Positions 1 through 7,450 of a stretch of DNA of 64,000 bases are shown here, one piece after another. How positions within the stretch are numbered: position 1 is the first letter of the stretch; the number at the start of each line of letters is the position of its first letter. The notes under the pieces were generated by a model. That model did not search any database and was not told where the DNA came from. It saw only the letters and a program-made list of their open reading frames with translations. Source of the stretch: an uncultured bacterium (GTDB lineage: Bacteria > Patescibacteriota > Saccharimonadia > UBA4664); the NCBI GenBank assembly GCA_963740635.1, contig CAVUEQ010000001.1, positions 209,026-273,025 of the forward strand, given 5' to 3'. A program made the translations under genes and the position numbers.

Positions 1-1
1 C

Positions 2-787
2 AAGGTGGTGGTGGGCAGCGAAGGCACCCTGGGCATCATAGCCGAGGCGCAGGTCCAGTACGTTCGGGCCCGGCCGAAGCGGGCGGTTGCCATCCTGGCC
101 GTAAAATCGGTCGAAGATGCGGTGTCGATAGCGCGGGAGTTGAGGCCAAACCCGTCCTGCACGGCTCTGGAGTTCATGCTGGGTGACAGCATGGAGTTCG
201 TGTGCCGGGCGCGGTCTCGCAGTTTGCCGACCGTTCCTGCTCCGGCTTACCTGCTGGTGGAGCTGTCGGCGGACACCGATCCGTCTGCCGAGCTGGAGGC
301 GTTTATTGGCCTCCAGCACGGACTCGGGCGCGTGATCGATGCGGCTGTCTCGGAGGACCTGTGGTGGGTCCGCGAGGCCTTCCCGCTGGTCTGCAACGAG
401 CTCTCTCGCGAGGACTCACCGGTACTCAAGCTGGACGTGCGCGTCCCGCTCGCGCGCTACGCCGAGTTCGCGAACGGACTGGGCGCGGTTGTGGCCGCCG
501 AGGCGCCTAACGCCAGGGCGGTGCTGTTTGGCCACCTCGGTCAAGACAACGGCCACGCGAACATTCTCGACACCGGGCCGGCTCTCGAGGCTGTTGAGCG
601 CGCCGTGCTCGACTTTGTGGAAATTCTGGGCGGTAACACGTCGGACGAGCACGGAAAAGGCGTGTCCATTAAGAGGGCCTACTGGTGGCGCAGCCTCACG
701 CATGCCGAGCAGCAGGAGTGCCTCCAGATCAAATGGGCATTCGACCGTCATGGGCTGGCCAACCCGGGGTGCAAACTCCCCGTTTGA
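2..787 (+). CDS. FAD-linked oxidase (GlcD / D-lactate dehydrogenase-like), C-terminal part; 5' end outside window
   Basis: The frame is open from the first bases of the window. The translation 'VGSEGTLGIIAEAQV...' and the end '...FDRHGLANPGCKLPV*' follow the FAD-oxidase C-terminal domain pattern. Confidence 0.7.
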   Translation, partial: KVVVGSEGTLGIIAEAQVQYVRARPKRAVAILAVKSVEDAVSIARELRPNPSCTALEFMLGDSMEFVCRARSRSLPTVPAPAYLLVELSADTDPSAELEAFIGLQHGLGRVIDAAVSEDLWWVREAFPLVCNELSREDSPVLKLDVRVPLARYAEFANGLGAVVAAEAPNARAVLFGHLGQDNGHANILDTGPALEAVERAVLDFVEILGGNTSDEHGKGVSIKRAYWWRSLTHAEQQECLQIKWAFDRHGLANPGCKLPV

Positions 788-795
788 CGGTGTGG

Positions 796-821
796 CCGGG
801 GGTCAGATTTTTGACCCCCGG
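796..821 (+). terminator. GC-rich hairpin downstream of the oxidase gene
   Basis: A perfect 10-bp inverted repeat CCGGGGGTCA / TGACCCCCGG with a 6-nt loop lies 9 nt after the stop at 785-787. No U-tract follows, so function is uncertain. Confidence 0.4.
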
Positions 822-1002
822 CTGCTCCCAACCATTAGAGGATTGGACAAGCGAAAGGATTTATGATAGAGTGCTGATAGTTGTTGATCGTGAATAGCGC
901 GCCGAATTACTGGAACTGCGAATTTGCGAGGCAGTTTCAAGTAATTAGGAGATCTGTTTGTACCCACAATCAAGCGCCGGTCGCCGTCGCGGTGGCCGCC
1001 CC

Positions 1003-2247
1003 ATGTTTTCGTCGAAGAACTTGCGCCAGCCAAAAGTTAAAAATATCGACCCCAATAAATTCATTAATAAGGCCGTAGCGCCGCTCGACGAGGAAGTGTT
1101 TGAGCCGGTCCACAAATTTGTGGACTTCAAGCTCGACGACCGCATCCAATTCAACGTGGAGCAGCACGGATATGTGACCCCCACGCCCATTCAGGACGGG
1201 GCGATTCCGTACGTGCTGGCCGGCCGTGACCTGATTGGCCTGGCCAATACCGGCACCGGTAAAACGGCGGCGTTTTTGCTGCCGATTTTGCAGCGCATGC
1301 TGCACGGCATGGCCGGCCGCTGCCTGGTGCTGGTGCCCACGCGTGAGCTGGCGATCCAGATCGAGGAAGAGTTTAGGATTTTTGCCAAGGGCCTCAATCT
1401 GTACTCGACCCTCGTGGTGGGCGGCGCCTCGGTGGGCAGGCAGCAGTCGCAACTGTCGCGGCGGCCGCAGTTTATTATTGCCACGCCCGGCCGGCTGAAG
1501 GACCTGCTCGAAAATTATGGCCTCAAAATTTCTGATTTTGACGTCCTGGTGCTCGATGAGGCTGACCGCATGCTCGACATGGGCTTCATCCGCGACATCC
1601 GCGCGATCATGGGCTACCTGCGCGAAGACCGCCAAACGCTGTTTTTCAGCGCCACCATTACGCCTGATATTGAGCAACTACTCGACACTATTCTCAAAGA
1701 CCCGCACACCGTGAGCGTGCGCAAGGGCGAAACGAGCGACCACGTGGAGCAGGATGTGGTGCATGTGGAGGGTGGCAAAGAGGCCAAGGAAGCCAAGCTG
1801 GTGGAATTGCTGGGCGACCCTGAATTTAAGAAAGTGCTGATCTTTGGCGAAACCAAGTGGGGCGTGCAGAAGCTGGCCGACCGGCTGGAGCGCCGCGGCC
1901 TGCGGGTAGCGGCCATTCACGGCAACAAGAGCCAGCCGCAGCGCCAGAAGGCTCTAAACGATTTCAAGCTCGAGCGGGTGCAGGCGCTGATAGCCACCGA
2001 CGTGGCGGCGCGCGGCCTCGACATCCCGAATGTGTCGCACGTGATCAACTTCGACCCGCCCAAGCAATATGAGGACTACGTGCACCGCATCGGCCGCACC
2101 GGCCGCGCCGGATCCATGGGCAAGGCGCTGACGTTTGTGGCGACCGGTCCGGTGGCGTTTGCTGAGGCTACGCGGTCTTCGGCCGGTGGTGGCGGCGGAT
2201 ACCGCGGCAACGGTGGCGGTGGTGGTTACCGCGGCGGCCGGCGCTAA
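1003..2247 (+). CDS. DEAD-box ATP-dependent RNA helicase with Gly/Arg-rich C-terminal tail
   Basis: Motifs in the translation are 'TPIQ', 'NTGTGKTAAF' (Walker A), 'VLDEADRMLDMGF', 'SAT' and 'HRIGRTGRAG'. The tail is 'GGGGGYRGNGGGGGYRGGRR'. The ATG at 1003 is preferred over the TTG at 958 in the ORF track. Confidence 0.9.
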   Translation: MFSSKNLRQPKVKNIDPNKFINKAVAPLDEEVFEPVHKFVDFKLDDRIQFNVEQHGYVTPTPIQDGAIPYVLAGRDLIGLANTGTGKTAAFLLPILQRMLHGMAGRCLVLVPTRELAIQIEEEFRIFAKGLNLYSTLVVGGASVGRQQSQLSRRPQFIIATPGRLKDLLENYGLKISDFDVLVLDEADRMLDMGFIRDIRAIMGYLREDRQTLFFSATITPDIEQLLDTILKDPHTVSVRKGETSDHVEQDVVHVEGGKEAKEAKLVELLGDPEFKKVLIFGETKWGVQKLADRLERRGLRVAAIHGNKSQPQRQKALNDFKLERVQALIATDVAARGLDIPNVSHVINFDPPKQYEDYVHRIGRTGRAGSMGKALTFVATGPVAFAEATRSSAGGGGGYRGNGGGGGYRGGRR

Positions 2248-2391
2248 TTAACTCTTACTTATAAGGGTTCATTCCAGTTCGTATTGTGGTGCATGCCCTT
2301 TTTGCAAAATTAGCTATCACGTATTAGTAATCAGCTGATAGCTAAAACGCGTAACTAGGCATCTCCACTATCTATTAGGTAGCGGAGATAG

Positions 2392-2577
2392 CTAGTTTGG
2401 CGTTGGGGGTCTTGGCTGGTCGGCGGGGATTTCGGGTTCGGGGGCCGATTGCGGGGCGGCTTTCTCGTCGCCGGTAGAGGGGCCGAGCTGGCCGGCGTCG
2501 AGGTAGTACTGGCGGCTAGTGGAAGTGGTACCATCCTGGCTGACGAGGTTGGCGCCGGCTGGGACGTTTTTGGTCAT
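2392..2577 (-). pseudogene. Chimeric junction ORF: RHS-core fragment fused to a paralogue of the Clp ATPase C-terminal tail
   Basis: The translation is 'MTKNVPAGANLVSQDGTTSTSRQYYLD|AGQLGPSTGDEKAAPQSAPEPEIPADQPRPPTPN'. The first half repeats the RHS fragment at 3537-3573. The second half parallels the end of the Clp-like gene ('SLDAGQLGPSTGDEATAPKQPTPEPETPADQPLPPNN'). It is probably a recombination scar rather than a functional gene. Confidence 0.4.
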
Positions 2578-2609
2578 CAGGACTCGAGAACTTGATAGGC
2601 GGGTTTTGA

Positions 2610-2816
2610 CTAGGAATCGGAGCTATTAATGCTTCCTGCTAATTCATGTAGCAACTGGTTTGCGCGCTCCTTTGAGACGCCTAATCTAGTCTTAAACTCA
2701 GGTTCATCGAGCTTGATACCGTGACACACTTCATTTAGTGCGTTGTTCAAGAGCGTTGCTTCTTCCTTAGCCAAGCTGATGACTAGTTCGTCTTTTGTGA
2801 TGCTTATTGTCTTCAT
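2610..2816 (-). CDS. Small acidic protein, candidate immunity protein for the adjacent RHS C-terminal toxin domain
   Basis: A 68-aa ORF starts 11 nt after the stop of the RHS-CT frame on the same strand, in the same low-G+C stretch. This position is typical of immunity genes in polymorphic toxin loci. I recognise no family. Confidence 0.45.
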   Translation of the reverse strand: MKTISITKDELVISLAKEEATLLNNALNEVCHGIKLDEPEFKTRLGVSKERANQLLHELAGSINSSDS

Positions 2817-2827
2817 TCATTAAGCGC

Positions 2828-3595
2828 CTATCTTAGGTTGTTGTAATACTGCGTAGGGTTGGCGGGCCTAAACGCCGTACCCAAGTCTGGGTTAAGCGGA
2901 TCGTATATTACCACGGTTCCTGATGAAGCGTCTAGAAATCCTGTTCGTCCATTAGATAGCAACTTGTACGCAGTCGGATTTTCAATGACATTCTGTATGT
3001 GACTACTGAATTGTGCCTCACTATGTATGCCGAGGTTGGCAAATTCTGATAGGTGCTGCAGGGCATGGCCACGGCCAATGATGGAGCCGACTTTGCCGCC
3101 ACCCGGTAGCACTCCTAGAGCACTCCATGCAGCGCCCACACAGTCGCCAGCCTTGTAATCCTGGTACGCATGTATTGCGCTATCCGCGGCCCAGAAGAGG
3201 CCAGCGATTACTATGGCAACTCCGATCTGGATGAACTGGCAGGACGGATCGGTGTATATCAATGGGTTTCCATTAGCGTACGCATAGCCGTTTTGAGATT
3301 GTGGATCGCTTAGAGATCCACTAACAGGGTCCCGTGATGTGAAGCTGCCGAGAGTTGGATCGTAGGTACGGGCACGGAGGTTGTAGAGGCCGGTTTCACT
3401 GTCGGTCTGCTGGTTTTCGTACTTGAAGTCAGAGGTGTTGTTACCGGTGACCTGGTTGCCATAGGGATCGAAGGAGTAGGACTGGACGTTACTACCGGTG
3501 CTGTCTACGACTGCCCGGACGTTGCCAAGGCCGTCATCGAGGTAGTACTGGCGGCTAGTGGAGGTGGTACCATTTAGCCGGACTGATAGGCGGTA
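2828..3595 (-). pseudogene. Orphan RHS/YD-repeat core tip plus C-terminal toxin domain, lacking a start codon for the conserved part
   Basis: The frame is open from 3595, just after an in-frame TGA at 3596-3598, down to the stop at 2828. There is no ATG/GTG/TTG before 3262. My hand translation reads 'YRLSVRLNGTTSTSRQYYLDDGLGNVRAVVDSTGSNVQSYSFDPYGNQVTGNNTSDFKYENQQTDSETGLYNLRARTYDPTLGSFTSRDPVSGSLSDPQSQNGYAYANGNPLIYTDPSC'. That corresponds to the last YD repeats and the RHS core-end boundary (DPxG...N.Y.Y..NP....DP). About 135 aa of unassigned C-terminal domain follow. Confidence 0.75.
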
Positions 3596-3619
3596 TCATG
3601 TTCGTTCATAAGCTGCGAT

Positions 3620-4291
3620 TTAGCCCCTCTCCCAAAGTGAATACGTCTCATAGTCATATGCGGCGTTTACGACCGCTTTAGTGGCTGAGGCCATATCGTT
3701 AAGATCGTTTTCTGAAAGTTCTTGCCGCCTCTTTATTGTGGCTATTGGCACAATAAAGGCATTTAGTGGGTACCCGCTGGACTGGCTAAGATGCGCTGCC
3801 ATTTCCTCGCTAGTATGAATTTCGCCCAGCTCTTTTACGTGCAGGGGCTTGTCGTCAAAAAACAAGAGCTGAGCAGGTAGCTGTCTTTCTAGCACCAGAT
3901 CGCCCTTTCTCGCCAGGTCGTCTTCAACAACAACTGCGAGTGGTTGCTCAGACTTTTCAATGTCGCGTAGCTTCTCGAGTAGAATTTCCGCTTGCCTTTC
4001 AAATGAGATTTTTGGATCTGCCAACGCCCCTGTACTTAGATTTATATGGTCTTGCGCAGCCTTTTCGTGTTGAGGAAAAGCCAGTACTACCCTCGTGACC
4101 CCCTTGTTAAAGTCTAGTGATGCTAATGCGGCATGTGATAATTGGCCGCCGGCCTCTAGCGAGGCCTTCGTCCATCTGATTCCGTCCTCAAGCAAATTGT
4201 AAAAATGTGGCTTCATTCTTGTCATCCATAGATTTCGGTGCAATCCAGTCGCAATAATACCACATGGATTGGTTAGGGTGCGTAAACGCAT
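3620..4291 (-). CDS. Hypothetical protein (islet cargo, no recognisable family)
   Basis: A 223-aa ORF in the low-G+C islet between the Clp-like gene and the RHS fragment. Alternative in-frame ATGs at 4225 and 4216 are equally possible. No clear RBS. Confidence 0.5.
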   Translation of the reverse strand: MRLRTLTNPCGIIATGLHRNLWMTRMKPHFYNLLEDGIRWTKASLEAGGQLSHAALASLDFNKGVTRVVLAFPQHEKAAQDHINLSTGALADPKISFERQAEILLEKLRDIEKSEQPLAVVVEDDLARKGDLVLERQLPAQLLFFDDKPLHVKELGEIHTSEEMAAHLSQSSGYPLNAFIVPIATIKRRQELSENDLNDMASATKAVVNAAYDYETYSLWERG

Positions 4292-4475
4292 CCGAGCCGA
4301 AACAAATACCTACTCACGTACTCAAACATAAGCCGCCCTCCAGCTTCATTGATGATATTTAGCTTATTCTAAGTTGGCCGGAGTGCCAGCCGCAATTGGC
4401 TGAAGTGCTATTTCTGGCTACAGGTAGTTATCTGGGTGATGTTATGTGCGCATTTTGTGTGATTGTACTATCACA

Positions 4476-6929
4476 TCAGTTGTTTGGGGGCAGTGGCTGA
4501 TCGGCTGGAGTTTCAGGTTCGGGCGTGGGTTGCTTGGGGGCTGTCGCCTCGTCTCCGGTGGAGGGGCCGAGCTGGCCGGCGTCGAGGGAGACGGTGTCGC
4601 CGGGCTGGGCTTCGCCGCGCAGGATCATGGCGGCTACGGTGTCTTCCACGCGGCGCTGCACCATGCGGCGCATAGGGCGGGCGCCCAGGCGCGGGTCGTA
4701 GCCGGCCTTCACGAGCTCGGCGGCGGCCGCGTCGGTGAGGGTGACGGCGATTTTTTGGTTGGCGAGGGTTTTGTTGACCTCAGTGATCATGAGTTTAACG
4801 ACCTGGCCGAGCTCGGCTTCGTTGAGAGGGCGGAACAACACTATTTCGTCGAAGCGGTTGAGCAGTTCCGGGCGGAAGGCGCCGGAATCAATCAGTTGGT
4901 TGGTAAATTCCTGCTCGAAGTTCTCGAGCGCCTCCCCGGCCTGGATGCGGGCCCGGATATCCTCGGAGCCGGCATTACTGGTGGCAATAATGATGGCGTC
5001 CTTGAAACTGGCGGGGTGGCTGGAGGTATCGGTGAGGTTGCCTTCGTCGAGGAGTTGCAGGAGCAAGTTGAGGATGTTGGGGTGGGCTTTCTCGATTTCG
5101 TCGAACAACACCACGCTAAACGGTTTTTGGCGCACGCGCGGGAGCAGGCCTTCGGGGTTTTCGGCCGCGGTCATGAGAATGCGGTCAACGTCAGGGACTT
5201 GTTGGTATTCGGACATGTCGAGGCGGATAATGTTGTTTTCGTCGCCGAAATAGAGCGCGGCAATGCTGCGGGCGAGCTCGGTCTTACCGACGCCGGTGGG
5301 GCCCAGGAACAGGAACGAGCCGATGGGCCGTTTGGGGTTGGCGACGCCGGCGCGGGCGCGGCGCAGGGCGTTGGCGACCACGCTGACGGCGCGGGTTTGG
5401 TTGATCATGCGCTGGTGAATTTTGTCTTCCAGGTGGAGTAATACGTCGGATTCGGCGCTGGAGGCAGTTTGGACCTTCACTCCGAATTGTCCTTCCACGG
5501 CAACTTGGACGGATTTCTCGGTCACGAATGAGCCGTCGGGGTGGCTGGTGGCGGTTTCGAGCAGCTTGAGGGCTTTGCCGGGGTAGGCTTCGTCCTGGAA
5601 GTAGCGTCCGGACAGCCGGTAGGCTTCGAGCAGGGCCGAATAGGTGGTGACGAGTTTGCCGCGCTCCAGATACAGCGCCCGGTCGGCGAGTTGGCGCACT
5701 ACGCCGGCCTGGTCGGTTTCTGTGAGCACGAGCGGAGTCACCAGGCTGGCCATGGCGCTGTTGGTGGCCTTGAGCCGCTGCCAGTCGCCGGGGGTGAGGG
5801 CCAGCACCAGCTTGAAGCTGCGGGATTGCAGCAGCGGCAGCAGGACCTGGCTGAGGTTGACGGCGCCGGTGCCCTGGCCGAAGAACAGCTGGGCCTCGTC
5901 GAGCGCTACAATGATGTTGCCCGCATGGCCGGCCTCAGATAGCAATCCGGTGACGATGCGCTCAATGTCGCCGGTACCCTGGGCGGCCGACAGGATGCTT
6001 GAGGCATTGAGCGAGTAAATCTGGTAATGCGCGAGGCTGCGGCTGGCGCGGCCCTGGAGCAGGCGCTCGGCCAGGCCCAGGAGCAGGGCGGATTTGCCCA
6101 CGCCCGGCTCCCCCACCAGCACGACGCTCCCGGTGGCGCTGTCGAGGGCGGTGATGAGGTCGTCGAGCTGGGCGGTGCGCTCTTGCGTAGCCATATTGCC
6201 GGCGGCCGATTCCACGTCGAGGCTGAGGTTGGTGCCGAACTGCGCTAGCTGGGGCGTGAAGCCCGAGGCCCAGTCGCGGGCGATGCCGCCGTAGATAGGC
6301 CGCTTGATGTGGCTGAGCTGGATGACGCGGCGGGCCCAGAGCGCGCCGATCTCGAGGTCGGCCGGCGCCAGTTTGTGCTTGGTGAGGTAGGCCGAGAGCG
6401 CCGGTGTGAGCGCAAACAACGCGGCCAGCACGGCGCCGGCCTCGATGTTGGCGAAACCCAGCCGGGTGCTGACGGCTTCGGTTTCGGTCCAGAGTTGGTC
6501 AAAATCGATCTGGGCGGAGGCCAGCGTCCCGGCTACGAAATTGGCGTCGAGCTCGAAGCGCAAGGTTATGAAGCGCCCGTCAAAGGTTCGCGTGAGCATT
6601 TGCCATAGCTCGGCGGCAGTGAGCGGTTCGCGGTAGTTGGTGGCGAGTTCGAGGGGGAGCAGGGCGTCGAGTTGCTTGGTGGTGCCGATGGGAGCCGGGG
6701 GTAGTACGCCGAGGTCGCGCCGTACCCAGGTGAGGGTGGTGAGCAGCATGATGGCCAGGCCCGCCAGGCTGAGGCCCTGGTGGCGTCCAAACAGCACCAG
6801 GACGGCGCCGGATAGAAGCAGCAACCCGGCGGCCGCACCCAGGAGGGTTTTGAGGGCGTCCGGGAAGAGCTTGGCGCTGCGGGCCTTGGCGATACGGCCC
6901 GACAGGCTGTTAAACGTGTAGGCGCTCAT
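4476..6929 (-). CDS. Membrane-anchored double-AAA+ Clp/Hsp100-family ATPase
   Basis: There are two nucleotide-binding modules, 'LVGEPGVGKSALLLG' with 'IVALDEAQ' and 'FLFLGPTGVGKTELA' with 'VVLFDEIEKAH', plus sensor-2 'GARPMRR'. The N-terminus carries two hydrophobic helices ('LLGAAAGLLLLSGAVLVLF', 'LSLAGLAIMLLTTLTWV') ahead of Clp-N-like repeats. The ATG at 6929 overlaps the upstream stop as ATGA. Confidence 0.85.
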   Translation of the reverse strand: MSAYTFNSLSGRIAKARSAKLFPDALKTLLGAAAGLLLLSGAVLVLFGRHQGLSLAGLAIMLLTTLTWVRRDLGVLPPAPIGTTKQLDALLPLELATNYREPLTAAELWQMLTRTFDGRFITLRFELDANFVAGTLASAQIDFDQLWTETEAVSTRLGFANIEAGAVLAALFALTPALSAYLTKHKLAPADLEIGALWARRVIQLSHIKRPIYGGIARDWASGFTPQLAQFGTNLSLDVESAAGNMATQERTAQLDDLITALDSATGSVVLVGEPGVGKSALLLGLAERLLQGRASRSLAHYQIYSLNASSILSAAQGTGDIERIVTGLLSEAGHAGNIIVALDEAQLFFGQGTGAVNLSQVLLPLLQSRSFKLVLALTPGDWQRLKATNSAMASLVTPLVLTETDQAGVVRQLADRALYLERGKLVTTYSALLEAYRLSGRYFQDEAYPGKALKLLETATSHPDGSFVTEKSVQVAVEGQFGVKVQTASSAESDVLLHLEDKIHQRMINQTRAVSVVANALRRARAGVANPKRPIGSFLFLGPTGVGKTELARSIAALYFGDENNIIRLDMSEYQQVPDVDRILMTAAENPEGLLPRVRQKPFSVVLFDEIEKAHPNILNLLLQLLDEGNLTDTSSHPASFKDAIIIATSNAGSEDIRARIQAGEALENFEQEFTNQLIDSGAFRPELLNRFDEIVLFRPLNEAELGQVVKLMITEVNKTLANQKIAVTLTDAAAAELVKAGYDPRLGARPMRRMVQRRVEDTVAAMILRGEAQPGDTVSLDAGQLGPSTGDEATAPKQPTPEPETPADQPLPPNN

Positions 6930-7285
6930 AACAGCCCCCCCACGATGAAGGCCGGCCCGAGTACCGGGATCACCGGCCACAGGATCAGCAGCGTGCCGCC
7001 GATGATCGCGTATAGGCCCATGATGGTGATGGCGGCCAGCAGCGCCATCAGCCGCACCATAAACCCGACCACGCGCGAAATGAGGTTGTCGAGCGCGGCC
7101 CGTAATTTGGCTTCAATCCCCCGCCCCGGGTATGAAATTATCCGCCGCCAGGGTGCGAACATGGTCGGCAGCAGCATTGGCACGCTAAACATCAGGTAAG
7201 TATCGCGGATGCGTGAGCTCAGCCGGTTGGCGGCGTCGCGCCATCCGGGTCCGTACCACCACTGCACAAACGCCACCAGAAGCAT
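6926..7285 (-). CDS. Small polytopic membrane protein, translationally coupled to the Clp-like ATPase
   Basis: The 119-aa product has hydrophobic segments ('LMALLAAITIMGLYAIIGGTLLILWPVIPVLGPAFIVGGLL'). Its stop overlaps the next start (ATGA). An extended -10 TGCTACAAT ends 6 nt before the ATG, giving a leaderless layout. Confidence 0.6.
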   Translation of the reverse strand: MLLVAFVQWWYGPGWRDAANRLSSRIRDTYLMFSVPMLLPTMFAPWRRIISYPGRGIEAKLRAALDNLISRVVGFMVRLMALLAAITIMGLYAIIGGTLLILWPVIPVLGPAFIVGGLL

Positions 7286-7328
7286 AAGAGTATTGTAGCA
7301 TTTTCTGGCCGAAACACCGCTTATGCTA

Positions 7329-7357
7329 TTGACAAAATTAGCATATGCGTGTATACT
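7329..7357 (+). promoter_or_regulatory. Sigma-70-type promoter TTGACA-17-TATACT
   Basis: TTGACA is at 7329-7334 and TATACT at 7352-7357, with an exact 17-nt spacer that contains the 8-bp palindrome GCATATGC (7341-7348). It points toward the 7451 gene. Confidence 0.5.
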
Positions 7358-7450
7358 ACGTTGCGTTCACTGAAAAGGGCCCTTTACGGGGTCATTTTTT
7401 GTGGAGTTTAGTAAACGAAAGGTATATGAGCTGCGCTCGCCGCAGCCCTT

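Noticed and set aside
4446-5441. Long ORFs antisense to or out of frame with clear genes. Examples are 4446-5441 +, 10263-11825 +, 12187-13008 -, 12210-13223 -, 14837-15688 +, 19432-20622 +, 21106-21933 -, 30565-31428 -, 34148-35305 +, 42383-43081 -, 54866-55495 -, 57541-57945 + and 61076-62290 +.
   Set aside because: Their translations are Arg/Gly/Ala/Pro/His-rich low-complexity strings typical of shadow frames in high-G+C DNA. Each overlaps a gene with unambiguous family motifs on the other strand or frame.
7371-7402. The segment TTTACGG..GGGTCATTTTTTGT in the 5' region of the 7451 gene repeats the 3' half of the terminator at 8081-8106. It could be an attenuator.
   Set aside because: The upstream copy lacks the complementary 5' arm (ATGACCCC). 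Only a loop-less AAAGGGCCCTTT palindrome is present, so no stable terminator hairpin can form. I treat it as a partial repeat of uncertain meaning.
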